DNA of 64,000 nt, taken from NCBI GenBank assembly GCA_951406725.2, contig OX597825.1, positions 78,058,001 to 78,122,000 on the forward strand. Reading direction: 5' to 3'. Made by a program: the position numbers and the translations under genes. This stretch comes from Octopus vulgaris (lineage: Eukaryota). The number at the start of each line of letters is the position of its first letter. The first letter of the stretch is position 1. The notes under the pieces are model-generated. The model made no database searches and was not told the origin of the DNA. It saw only the letters and a list, made by a program, of their open reading frames with translations. Shown in pieces: positions 15,499 to 27,918 of this stretch.

Positions 15499-15536
15499 CT
15501 GTCCGATGAACGGCAACGGGAAACTCAGAGTAACAG
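15499..15536 (+). ncRNA. Hammerhead-like motif in a ~75-bp insert within (TA)n
   Basis: CTGT-CCGATGA-ACGGCAACGG-GAAAC-TCAGA-GTA-ACAG; 4-bp stem I, stem III ACTC/GAGT, stem II damaged. Confidence 0.6.
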
Positions 15537-15568
15537 GTTTTGTTGAATTTTCTGCTGCTTTAAATAAA

Positions 15569-15646
<78 letters not shown>

Positions 15647-15689
15647 TGTGTGAGAGAGAGATAGTTAGACAGATAGATAGATATCGATG

Positions 15690-15734
<45 letters not shown>

Positions 15735-15736
<2 letters not shown>

Positions 15737-16046
15737 GAGAAAGAAGCAACAAGAATGGATTAGTTTTTAGTACAATTGTTTCATACAAAGACAGGCTTTA
15801 TTAAAAGTTGCAAAAATTGCAGCAGATAAAAGTGTCCCGTACTCATCAGCTAAAATACATATGAGTTCTCCAAACATCTTAGTGGGTGAGGCTATACTCA
15901 TGAACTATTGGAGATAATTTCATTAAAAGCAGATTTAGGTTGTAAACAGATTTATCTGCTGCAATTTTTGCAACTTTTAATAAAGCCTGTCTTTGTATGA
16001 AACAATTGTACTAAAAACTAATCCATTCTTGTTGCTTCTTTCTCGT
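15735..16046. repeat. Fold-back element: 96-bp inverted arms, 120-bp spacer
   Basis: 15735-15830 is the reverse complement of 15951-16046; spacer holds a minus-strand CTGATGAG core lacking its 3' half. Confidence 0.92.
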
Positions 16047-16156
16047 TTATAATCACCCCACATTACTGTATGGTTAACACCATATAGTTTTCTGGTGCAT
16101 CTAAGTTAAGTACCACATTCAAGTCAATTCATTGGAATTGACTTGAAACTTAATTG

Positions 16157-16196
<40 letters not shown>

Positions 16197-16772
16197 AAAC
16201 ATACATGTATACACAAACACACACGCACACACATGCATTTCATGTGTGTATGCTTGTGATTGTTTTTTCACGATGCGATTCTTCAGAACTGTTCTGAAGG
16301 AGTGCAATGATGGAACAGTCAGTCATCAAACCCTTTCAATCTTTACAATTCAAACGTTTGTGTGTGTGTCTCTTTGTATTTCTGATTTTCTGTGTGCGAC
16401 AAAATTCTGTACAGTTTCCTTCAAAGTTCTCTCAAGCATCACTAACCAGCCCGAGAGTCTGATAAAATAAAATAAAACTTCACATCCCCAATTTGCCGCG
16501 CTTGTGAGCAGGATCGAACTCGTGTCAGCAATACGAAATTCATGAACAGAAACCTCTCAATTCACCATTCTGCTTCTATTCCTGACCATTCTACTCCAAC
16601 CAACCCATTCATTTTCTATTTCCCATTCATATTTATTCCTATAATTAATAAATTCCTAATAATTTCTCACACAATAATAATTTGTCAAGACCACTAATTA
16701 AACGGACGAAAACACCAATTAGTCTCTGTTTCTTTTTATATTTTTTTATATTTTTCATACTTCACGCCATCT

Positions 16773-16795
16773 TTATTATTATTATTATCATTATT

Positions 16796-16843
<48 letters not shown>

Positions 16844-17008
16844 TTTTTAAATTTTTATTACTATTATTATTATCATTATTGTTGTTGTTGTTGCTGTTAT
16901 TGTTATTATTATTATTATCATCATCATCATTATCATCATCATCATTATCATCATCATCATCATCATCATCATCAGTAGTAGTAGTAGTGGTAGTAGTAGT
17001 AGTAGTAA
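16773..17008. repeat. Compound trinucleotide tract (ATT/GTT/CAT/TAG)
   Basis: Direct reading. Confidence 0.9.
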
Positions 17009-17934
17009 TCATTTTTTTAAATTCTCTTTTAAATACCTAAATATATTTTAAATATTCTTCTCAAATAATATTCTGTTTTATATATATGTGTGTGTGTGTG
17101 TGTGTATTATATCATATTATATTTTTGCTATTATTTAATTGTTTATTTATTTATTTATTCATTTATTGAAATGGCCGAATACTGTTGCGCATTATTCATT
17201 TTATTTTTATTTTCATTTTCAAATAAAAACAAAATGAAATGCAAAATAGAAATAATAATACGAATATCTTTTGTTTTTTTTTTGCACGTTTTATTTATAC
17301 ATTTTTATTTTCATTTAGCTATTTATCTTTATTTCAATATATTTATTTATTTATGTATTTATTTGAAAGGGGTGAATATTTCTGTTTCACATTACATTTT
17401 TTAATATTTATCTTCCATTTTGTCATTTTCGTATATTGTTTCCTTTTACTTTTTGTTGTTGTGTGGGTGTTGAAAATATTATTTATAGTTGTAAATTGTT
17501 TTCTTGCATATAACTTCGTCTTGTTGGTGTTGCTGTTGTTGTTATTGTTTGAATTAGGGTCACCTCTATTCATATGGGAAAAATTTAAGCAAGCATTTGG
17601 AGTGGGTGGCGTAGAGACGAACCGAATAATTGGAGGCGAGTACAAGAAGGAAGTGGAAATCTTTTTTGTTGAAGACTGTTTTACAATGTCTGACTGCTTT
17701 AGAGGGTCTGTCTGTTTAAATGTCTGCTTAGATGAAGTTGAAGGAAGGGAAGCATTTTAATGAATCAATTAAGAAACACATTTTTATTTGCTTTTTGTGT
17801 GTGTGTGTGTGTGTGTTTGGGCTATTAAGAATTAAGAAAATAATAAAAAGAAATAAAGTGAAGGAAAAGAAATAAGATTGTCCTATCCGTTGTATAGAAG
17901 CTTTTGTATATGAAGAGAAAAAGGAAAGTCTAAA

Positions 17935-18591
17935 CAATGACAAGGACGACGACGACGACGACGACAACGACTACGACGACGACAACGACGACGATCATGA
18001 CAATGACAATGATAACGAAGATGACGATGATGATGATGATTATGATGACGACGACGACGACGACGGTATTAGTGATAATGAGGAGGAGGTGGTGGAGGAG
18101 GAAGGGGAGGAGGAGGAAGATGAAGAGGAAGAAGAAGAAGAAGAAGAAGAAGAAGTGGAGGAGGAGGAGGAGACGGAGGAGAAGCTGTAGGAGCAGGGGC
18201 AGGAGCAGGAGGAGCAGGAGGAGCAGGAAAGAAATAGGAGGAGAATTATGATAGTGTTGAGGAGGACAATGATGATGTGATGATAACGATGATGATGATG
18301 ATGATGAATGAGGAAGATGATGATAGTGGTAGTGGTTGGGGGTGGGGGTGGGGGATGGTGGGGTGAAGGGGGGGGGGGTAATATTGATTATGATGGAGGT
18401 GGTGCTCGTGTTGGTCGTGGTTGTAGTGTTGGAAGTGGTGATGATGGTTGTCTGTGGTATTATTAATATTCGTAATAGTTTTGGAGGTGGTAATGTGGTG
18501 ATTGTTGTCGTGGTGGTATCAGTGTTGGTAGTAATAGTACTAGTAGCAGTAGAGCAGCAGCAGTAGCAGCAGTAGCAGCAGTAGCAGTAGC

Positions 18592-18623
<32 letters not shown>

Positions 18624-18795
18624 GCTGTGGTCGTGCAGACGATAAGATGATAATGATGGTAATGATGATAATCATGGTGATCATGATGATCATGATTATG
18701 ATTGTGGTGATGATCGTGATGTTGATGATGGTCATGATGATCATGATGACGACGACGACGATAATGATGATGATGGTGGCGATGATGATGATGGA
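17935..18795. repeat. Compound trinucleotide low-complexity region (GAC/GAT/GAG/GAA/GGT/TAG/CAG)
   Basis: Direct reading. Confidence 0.9.
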
Positions 18796-18949
18796 TTATA
18801 TTTATATGCCACAGGGGCATCCGATGCAGGAGATATTACAAGAGCAGATTAAAATTTTAGCGGGTGTAGAAATCAGATAAAATTTATGCATAGTATACAA
18901 ATATAAGCCCAGGTAATACGAATATGCGCATTCACATAGGAATATAGGC

Positions 18950-19117
18950 GTGTGTGTATGTATGTATGAATGTATGTATGTATGTATGTATGTATGTATG
19001 TATGTATGTATGTATGTATGTATGTATGTATGTATGTATGTATGTATGTATGTATGTATGTATGTATGTATGTATGTATGTATGTATGTATGTATGTATG
19101 TATGTATGTATGTATGC

Positions 19118-19150
<33 letters not shown>

Positions 19151-19156
19151 TGTATG

Positions 19157-19186
<30 letters not shown>
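18950..19186. repeat. (TATG)n microsatellite
   Basis: Direct reading. Confidence 0.95.
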
Positions 19187-19187
<1 letters not shown>

Positions 19188-19643
19188 GAATGAATGAATA
19201 AATGGATGAAGCGGTTTTACTGATGAAGAAGCACTTCTGATAAGGGCCAAATGAAGAATCCACACACAGAGAGATCCAGAATGATCTGAGCTTCCAATGT
19301 AATGACTCACCACTCGGCTGTCATTCCCCAAGTATGTACTCGGCTGTCATTTCCCAAGCTGTTATTCCCAAAGTATGTACAGAGCCATACTTGAAGTATT
19401 TCCATTTACCCTGATAATTTTCACAACCGTGTCTCTACCTTTTGACAGATTTACCGGACGGGATCATTTTCCTTTCCCAAAGTCACATACATTTTCAAGA
19501 GGACCTTCAAAAGAATAAATAAATAAAAACTCCATGAGGGTTTCATCGTAGTGGAAGGTGTCTACCCTCAATCGTTTCAATCTAATCCACCCTATATTCG
19601 CCTTCAAAACCAAGTCAAAACAGTACTGTAGGACCATATAAAT

Positions 19644-19873
19644 GCGGCGATCTGGCAGTAACGTTAGCACGCCGGGCAAAATGCATAGCGGTATTTCGTC
19701 TGCCGCTACGTTCTGAGTTCAAATCCCGCTGAGGTCGACTTGCCTTTCATCCTTTCGGGGTCGATAAATTAAGTAACAGTTACGCACTGGGGTCGATATA
19801 ATCGACTTAATCCGTTTGTCTGTCCTTGTTTGTCCCCTCTGTGTTTAGCCCCTTGTGGGTAATAAAGAAATAG
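19644..19873 (+). mobile_element. tRNA-derived SINE family B (Deu/Nin-like central domain)
   Basis: A-box-like TGGCAGTAACGTTAG, B-box GAGTTCAAATCC, then GTCGACTTGCCTTTCATCCTTTCGGGGTCGATAAATTAAGTA; AATAAAG tail. Confidence 0.85.
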
Positions 19874-20369
19874 ATATAGACGTTGGACTCGGCTGCTAGA
19901 CGAATCCATCTAACTGGCGGCAACAGCTGTTCGATAATAATGTTTCCCATGGTCACAAATTTATAAAGAGGGTATATTTGAACGTATCGATTATCGATAT
20001 GTTACTAGTATTTGAAAAACAAATATGCCGGAGAAAAGACTAAACGTATATGGATGTTAATGTTGAGACTAATGTCAAAAGCATTTTTACTAAGATGAAC
20101 TCGTGGAAAAACACGTACACAGACATATATAAATCTTTATATGCATATGCATGCGCATGCGTGAATGTATATATGTGTGTGTGTGTGTATACATATATAG
20201 TATATATATATATGCACGCGTGTATATATATATATATATATATATTGTATATGCATATATATGTAGTTATATGTAATCCATGTGTGTATGTTTCTATGCA
20301 TATATATATATACATATATATATACACACATATATGAATATATATATATAAATATAAACAGCTACATGA

Positions 20370-20419
<50 letters not shown>

Positions 20420-20535
20420 ATATACACGCATATGTGCACAAATATATTTGTATGTGTATACACATATACGAGCTTATAGAAATATATGCACGCTTATATT
20501 TATATATGTCTATATATATATGTATAAATATATGC

Positions 20536-20578
<43 letters not shown>

Positions 20579-20579
20579 C

Positions 20580-20611
<32 letters not shown>

Positions 20612-20853
20612 GTATATATATGTGCATATAAATGCACACACACAGAAGTATATATATATATTACTTCCATATAATGCATATCATGTGCATATATATTTAT
20701 ACACATGCACACAAAATCATACAAGCGTACATACACGGACGCACATAAGCATGAAGACACCCGCATACAGACACACACACACACACACACACACACAAAT
20801 ACACCTACAATTTAGAAGAGGAAGAAATTGGGATAAATTTCCTCTTCACATCT

Positions 20854-20921
20854 TCACAGACGCATGCGTTTGGTCTTGCCGTTGGTGATGGCGTTAGCGT
20901 TGGCCAGCATGGGTTGGAGCA
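20854..20921 (-). CDS. Candidate terminal coding exon of an unidentified host gene (xLQPMLANANAITNGKTKRMRL*)
   Basis: Acceptor TCCTTTTCTGCAG, run of C-ending codons, TGA stop, basic C-terminus; GC-rich island in repeat DNA; no homology recognised. Confidence 0.3.
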
Positions 20922-21899
20922 CTGCAGAAAAGGATTGCTCTTTGAAGGTTCTTCAAAAGATGATGTAATTTGTTAACGGGTCAGAGGTCAGACACTATAA
21001 CAGTTGCCAACAAGAGAGTATAATTACACGAGAGACTGAGAAGCGAACAATTTACCAAAATCTCCAAGCATAAATGTGAAGAATGCGAAGCGACGTTCGC
21101 AGAAGATTTTGGATTATAATTGCTGATGTGAAATTCTGACTTTTGGTGGAAGCTTTTTCATCTGAACTAGAGGCTAGAATTGTGTGTGAGTCGGTATATG
21201 TATGTGTGCGTGTGTGTCTGTGTAGTTCTTGTTGTTGGTGGTGTTGTTGTTGTTGGTGGTGGTGGTGATAATGGGCGCTGTGTCTGTATATATGCATTAA
21301 ATGTGTATCAGAGTATAAGCAGTCTTTGAGAAATTTCTGTGTATATTTGGTACGTGTGTGTGTGCGTACACGCGTGTGTATACTGTTTATAAGCATCTGT
21401 TATTTATGTATGCTTTATTTACGCATATTCACGTATATCATTATATATATATATAGATATGCATAATTTATATATTCATATAAACATATACGTACATTTT
21501 TAAATATATATACATACACTTTTATACATATATATATATATATATATATACACATACACACACACACATATATATAAATATTTATAAACATACATATATA
21601 TATATACATATGTATATATATAAATATAGATAAGCATACGTATATATACATACATATACGCACACACATAAGTACACATATGTAAATGCACTGTATATGT
21701 ATATACAAACACAAACATACCTATGTGTGTGTGTGTGCGCGTGTGTGTGCGCGCGTGTGTGTGCGCGCGTGTGTGTGCGCGCGTGTGTGTGCGCGCGTGT
21801 GTGAATATACTTATATAGTGCATTTATATATATACAACTCTGTATATTTCTATCTGTTTATATACATAAATTGGTACACAGACACGCACAGACACCCAC

Positions 21900-21933
<34 letters not shown>

Positions 21934-22304
21934 AATATGCGTGTAACTGAATGTGTCTATGTGTGTATGTGTGCATGCATGTGTTGGTGTATGTATTTGT
22001 GGCGTGGAGTGGGGGGCGTGTGTGCGTGAGTTTTCTGTGTTTATGTTAAACAAAACATGCGTCAGTAATAAAAGATAATTCTAAACAAGCTGAATGGCTG
22101 CGTGAAAACAGGGTTGTGAGTTGTTAAGTAGACTCCAAGAAAAATTTGGCAGCAAGCCTCGTTTGCAAGTTACACAGCCTACCTATCTCTTAGCTAAACC
22201 ACATTGCACCAGTAATGTCTTCTACTAATACCACTAGAATAACACTCCATATTTTTGTTATCAATAATTACACTACACCATCAGTATTGCCTAATAATAC
22301 TACT

Positions 22305-22595
22305 AGAATAGGGTGTTACTCTCCGAGGTACAAGTCCGAGTAAGGTTGTTTATGGAAGACCAGAAGTCACCCATGCATACCAGCCTCCTCTCTCCAAGTC
22401 ACCGATGTTATCCAAGGGAAAGGCAAAGGGGCCGATACAGCTTGACACCAGTGACGTCGCAACTCATTTCTACAGCTGAGTGAACTGGAGCAATGTGAAA
22501 TAAAGGGTCTTGCTCAAGAATTGAACACAGCCCGGTCCAGGAACCGAACGCATTGCCTCATGATTGTGAATGCGACGCTCTAGCCACTGAGCTAT
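22305..22595 (-). mobile_element. tRNA-derived SINE related to family D, different 3' half
   Basis: Minus-strand head TAGCTCAGTGGCTAGAGCG...GTTCGGTTCCTGGACCGGG, then TTCTTGAGCAAGACCCTTTATTTCACATTGCTCCAG. Confidence 0.8.
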
Positions 22596-22711
22596 AACTC
22601 TTCTTATTTCAGTAATCCTCAACTACACCACAAGACACAAATACTGAACTCTAATACCACTAGAATAACACTCCACATGTTAGATATCATTAATGACACA
22701 ACACTGCAGCA

Positions 22712-23376
22712 GAATTTGATCAGATAAAATGCTTAAATAATCTTGACTATTAATTCTGCCATGAAGGGAAACCATTGGGCAGGAGGATTTCCAAGACATA
22801 GCTCTCCCACAGCACAGATCATTACAGATCCTCCACCATATCTAACAGTTGGAAGAAGGCAGTCTGGGTCAATTGCTTCTCTTGGCTGTCTCTACACGTG
22901 TATTCGGCCGGTGGTCGGAAATAAGATAAAGGATGACTCGGCCGAGAAAATAACATTCTTCCACTACTCCGATTCTGTAGGTTTTTACTCCACTCGAAAC
23001 AGTTTGCAACGTTTGTTTTTGAAACTAGTGGTTTTCTGATTGCAGCCCTCCCTTGAAATCCGGCTTTGTGCAGCTCCCGGCGAACAGTTTTTGTGGAAAC
23101 TAGGTTCTTGAGGTGATCATTAAGCTCTGCAGTAATTTTGGGAGATGTACTTTTGTGATCCTTCCGAACAATTTGCGTAAGAGTCCGACGGTCCTTATCT
23201 GCAAGTTTTGGTTTTCTTCCGGAGTTTTGTTTCGACAAGGAGGTTTTTCTCTCTTTCTCAAAGGCTGTCAGTACTTTCGAGACAGTACTTCTTGATACAC
23301 CAAACATTTCAGCTGTTTTCGTTACGCTAACGCCTGCCATACGAGCACCAACAATTTGACCTCTTTGAAAGTCCAA
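22712..23376 (-). pseudogene. Tc1 transposase pseudogene
   Basis: HTH region DFQRGQIVGARMAGVSVTKTAEMFGVSRSTVSKV, SGRKPKL, AAIRKPL; after a frameshift WKNVIFSAES (catalytic D changed to A), in-frame stop, PTVRYGGGSVMI, then GRINSQDYLSIL; ends before the second D and the E. Confidence 0.92.
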
Positions 23377-23581
23377 TAGATCTGTAATTTTAATGAATTT
23401 TTATTACCTTTTTCTGTTGATATCTGAAAAGAAACAGCAACTTTAGCAAAAGATATTAAGCAACACTATTGATAAATTTAAAAAAAAACATAAAAATAAA
23501 CACGCTTCTGACGGTTTCCTAGATATTTCAAAATTATGCTGCTATGATGCTAGGTGTTTCCATTATTTTGTCCAACCCCTG
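22712..23581 (-). mobile_element. Truncated Tc1-family DNA transposon
   Basis: TA|CAGGGGTTGGACAAAATAATGGAAACACC TIR at 23553-23581 followed by a transposase remnant; other end missing. Confidence 0.92.
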
Positions 23582-23648
<67 letters not shown>

Positions 23649-24039
23649 ATATGTATTTGTATATGTATATGTATATATGAGAGCACGCACACACACACAG
23701 ATAATTTATATCTCAACGTGTGCGTTTGTATGTTTGAACATATGTACGTATGTATAAATGTTCATATGACTGCATACGTAGTTATCAAAACAGATGAATT
23801 TCATATACCCAAAGTAACTTAGTCCCACAAGTCTAAAGTGACTGTAAATTAATTTTTGAGAGAGTTAGAGATTACATAACGCAAAGTAATTAAGATTTAT
23901 TTTGAAATCATTCTCTCCTTTTTTTTCTCACTCTCTCTCACATTATATGCATATTTGTATATATGCATATGTATGTGATGGGGTACAGGAGTAAGAAAGT
24001 CTCAAGGCAGCTGAACAGCAGATTATGGAGTCTTGGTAC

Positions 24040-24240
24040 TTAGTGGCTCACGATGCACTCATGATCGTGGGATTGCGGTTTCGGTTTCTAGACGGAGCTA
24101 CGTTCGGTGTTCTCGAGCAAAACGCTTCGTGTTACCCCATTCCGTTCAGCTGGCAAAGATAAGGGATCATGGAATATATACGCCACAGAATCCGGGGAAA
24201 CCGGTCTTTTGATCTTACGGCTTGAGAGGGACGTTTGATT
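24040..24240 (+). mobile_element. Degenerate SINE family D copy
   Basis: CTTAGTGG...GTTTCGGTTTCTAGAC...GTGTTCTCGAGCAAAACGCTTC...CCGGGGAAACCGG. Confidence 0.55.
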
Positions 24241-24359
24241 CCTTGTTTATATATATATTTGGTGTGCATCAATATTATATAATTCAATAAAGACAGACAC
24301 ACACACACACACAAACACACACATATATCTACGCATATATATATACACATATGTGAGAG

Positions 24360-24407
24360 AAAGATAGATAGATTGATATATAGACAGTTCGACAGACAGA
24401 CAGATAA

Positions 24408-24488
<81 letters not shown>

Positions 24489-24569
24489 TGGAGAGAGAGA
24501 CAGACAGACAGACATACAGGCAGACAGAGACACAGACAGGCAGACAGACAGATAGATAGATGGATAGAC

Positions 24570-24635
<66 letters not shown>

Positions 24636-24652
24636 ATAGACAGATAGCAGAC

Positions 24653-24710
<58 letters not shown>

Positions 24711-24713
24711 GCT

Positions 24714-24774
<61 letters not shown>

Positions 24775-24814
24775 ACAGATAGATAGATAAAGAGAGAGAC
24801 AGACAGACAGAGAC

Positions 24815-24846
<32 letters not shown>
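24360..24846. repeat. (GATA)n/(GACA)n microsatellite
   Basis: Direct reading. Confidence 0.95.
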
Positions 24847-24847
<1 letters not shown>

Positions 24848-25044
24848 TTTAGATACACAGCTGAAAGAGCAACTAATAGTTTCATGCTTTTATGATACTT
24901 GAACAGGCCTATTTATAAAAAAATACCATGTACAGAGCCTGAAAGATTGCTTTAAAATACATGATGTATTTTATAAATATACCTGTTCAGGTATCATAAA
25001 CGCTTGAATTACTATTAGTACCTGTTTCGGTTGTGTATTTAAAT
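24847..25044. repeat. Imperfect fold-back element (about 85-bp arms)
   Basis: TTTATGATACTTGAACAGG vs CCTGTTCAGGTATCATAAA, ACTAATAGT vs ACTATTAGT, ATACACA vs TGTGTAT in inverted order. Confidence 0.75.
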
Positions 25045-25183
25045 TGATATTTATCTCTAACCGGATGGTATACTTTTCTTGTTGGTTCTACAACTATTGA
25101 ATTTTAAAATTATGTGTGTGTCTGTGTGTGTGTGTGTGCGCGCGCGCGTGTGTGTGTGTGTATTTATATACATATATTTGTAT

Positions 25184-25604
25184 ACTCTCTCTTTTATACT
25201 TTTACTCTTTTACTTGTTTCAGTCATTTGACTGCGGCCATGCTGGAGCACCGCCTTTAGTCGAGCAGCTCGACCCCGGGGCTTATTCTTTGTAAGCCCAG
25301 TACTTATTCTATCGGTCTGTTTTGCCGAACCGCTAAGTAACGGGGACATAAACACACCAGCATCGGTTGTCAAGCAATGCTAGGGGGACAAACACAGACG
25401 CACAAGCACACACACTCATATATATATACATACATATATACGACGGGCTTCTTTCAGTTTCCGTCTACCAAATTCACTCACAAGGCTTTGGTCGGCCCAA
25501 GGCTATAGTAGAAGACACTTGCCCAAGGTACCACGCGGTGGTACTGAACCCAGAACCATGTGATTGGTAAACAAGCTACTTACCACACAGCCACTCCTGC
25601 GCCT
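25184..25604 (-). mobile_element. SINE family A, best-preserved copy
   Basis: Minus strand AGGCGCAGGAGTGGCTGTGTGGTAAG (A box), GGGTTCAGTACC (B box), CORE-like ACCTTGGGCAAGTG, tail GAAACAAGTAAAAGAGTAAAAG. Confidence 0.9.
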
Positions 25605-26067
25605 ATGTGTGAGTGCGTTTATATATACATACAACAAATACAGACCACAAACACACAAACACATACGCAAACATAAATAACAGCCCGTCTGTGTGTGTGT
25701 GTTTGTGTGTGTTTGTACGTGTGTGTGCTTCATAACATCAAACGCTCTTTTCTTCTCATTCCACCAAGTTCTATGTTATATGTATTTATGTAACTGTTAC
25801 GCGTGCCTGAGTGTATGCGGCTATACATGTGTGTAAGTGTGTGTGTGTGTGTATGTGAGTGTGTGTATGTGTGTGTCTGTGTGTTTCTCTGTGTGTGTGT
25901 CTATTTACTTATGTATGCGTGTGTGACCGTATTCCTAAATGTGTGTCAGTGTATTCGGGTATTAATCATCAAAGCATATGTGTAGAGTTTACTTCTGCCT
26001 TTAAATAGATACACAACCCGAGAAAAACCAACAAACACATACATATGCACAAATGGACACATAGTCG

Positions 26068-26115
<48 letters not shown>

Positions 26116-26189
26116 AATACTCATACACATATACACAAACATACTCTTACACCCATACACATGTACATATATGCATTTTCATATATACA

Positions 26190-26230
<41 letters not shown>

Positions 26231-26252
26231 GTATGGATGTATGTATGTATGT

Positions 26253-26316
<64 letters not shown>

Positions 26317-26344
26317 ACAGAGATACATTTCTATGCATATACAT

Positions 26345-26378
<34 letters not shown>

Positions 26379-26381
26379 CAT

Positions 26382-26588
26382 AATAAGCAACAGGGATATC
26401 CAGAGGTAACACAGTACATCGTTCCATGTAACTCTATTTAATTGAAGAATGCAATGATTTCAGCAGTTTAAAATGCAGAGCAATCCTCAGCTGCACAAAC
26501 ACATATAATTTAATTAGATTAGATAAATGGAGTTGCATGAAACGAAACGATCGTACTGCATTACCTCTGGATACCCTTGTTGCTTATT
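26382..26588. repeat. Fold-back element (about 60-bp arms) with a degenerate minus-strand hammerhead core in the spacer
   Basis: AATAAGCAACAGGGATATCCAGAGGTAA vs TTACCTCTGGATACCCTTGTTGCTTATT; spacer minus strand CTGAGGA...GAAAT. Confidence 0.8.
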
Positions 26589-26711
26589 TTGATTTTAATC
26601 TCCTTACTTTGAAATTGTATGGATAATACCGTACTAACTTCTGGTGCCTCAACTTATGTACCGTATTCATATGAATTTAAATTTTTGCTGAATTCATCTA
26701 CCAGACCCAAA

Positions 26712-26764
<53 letters not shown>

Positions 26765-26766
<2 letters not shown>

Positions 26767-26892
26767 AGGTGTCCCCAAAAATGTATACACATAGTGGTTC
26801 GGCAAAAGAGAACGATAGAATAAGTACTAGGCTTACAAAGAATAACAAATTTACAATTATTTAAGGTGTGTATACATTTTTGGGGGGACACC

Positions 26893-26895
<3 letters not shown>
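26765..26895. mobile_element. 131-bp Tc1/mariner-type MITE containing a SINE A fragment
   Basis: TA|CAAGGTGTCCCCAAAAATGTATACACA ... TGTGTATACATTTTTGGGGGGACACCCTG|TA; absent from the duplicate copy. Confidence 0.88.
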
Positions 26896-26957
<62 letters not shown>

Positions 26958-27109
26958 CATACATACATACATACATACATACATACATACATACATACAT
27001 ACATACACACATACATATAGTTGAAATTTACGGGAAAACTTAAAGACGAAGACAGGAGTATGAACAAGAAGCAGGTGTATTAATTTGACGCTCGGGAAAG
27101 TGAGAAACA

Positions 27110-27145
27110 CTTTTACGTTTCGAACCTACGCTCTTCAAAAGAAAG
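27110..27145 (-). ncRNA. Family I hammerhead-like motif (duplicate at 30085-30120)
   Basis: Minus strand CTTT-CTTTTGA-A-GAGC(GTAG)GTTC-GAAAC-GTA-AAAG. Confidence 0.5.
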
Positions 27146-27239
27146 GAATAAAGAGAAAGTCAGCAAAGACATAATGAAAAGCAAAACTTGTGGATTTAAC
27201 AGATGTGTTAATGAAAGTCATTATGTTTAGTCATAACCC

Positions 27240-27450
27240 CTTTTTGCTATAGATGCAAGACCTGAAATTTGTTGGGTGGGTACTAGTCGATTATAGTGAC
27301 CCCAGTATTTCACTGGTACTTAAATTACCGACCTCGAAAGGATGAAAGGCAAAGTCGACCTTGGCAGAATTTGAACTCAGAACGTAGCAACGGGCGGAAT
27401 ACCACTAAGCATCTCGTCCAGCATCTTAACGACTCTGCCAGCTCACCACC
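27240..27450 (-). mobile_element. SINE family B (duplicate at 30218-30427)
   Basis: GAAAGGATGAAAGGCAAAGTCGACC...ATTTGAACTCAGAACG...CTGCCAGCTCACCACC. Confidence 0.85.
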
Positions 27451-27692
27451 GGGATATGTTTAGTTATAATAAAAAAAACGTTTACATTAATTTGAGGGAT
27501 TACTCCGTATTTCTGTAGAGTACACGATTTATTCTAGAAGGAGAATATTATTGTCAGTGACTTCGAAGTCTCCGACGTTTCGGCCAGTCATTGACGGATG
27601 ATGGATTGGCTTTGGTTGGGCCGAGAGTTTGGTAGAAGACACTTGGCCGGAACTATTTGGTCGGGAAGCAAAATTAGCATGCAGCCTGCACC

Positions 27693-27782
<90 letters not shown>

Positions 27783-27803
27783 TACATACATATATATATA
27801 TAT

Positions 27804-27902
<99 letters not shown>

Positions 27903-27918
27903 CACATATATATGTATA

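Noticed and set aside
16497-16580. Minus-strand B box GAGTTCGATCC suggesting a tRNA gene
   Set aside because: No cloverleaf; at most a decayed SINE head
19220-19250. CTGATGA-AGAAG-CA-CTTCT-GATA hammerhead-like string
   Set aside because: GAAA, stem III and the cleavage triplet are missing
20864-20968. Plus-strand 34-aa ORF resembling a signal peptide (MRLVLPLVMALALASMGWS...)
   Set aside because: Antisense to the more coding-like minus frame and stops almost at once; not fully excluded
21069-21119. HKCEECEATF resembling a C2H2 zinc finger
   Set aside because: Stops on both sides and no histidine pair
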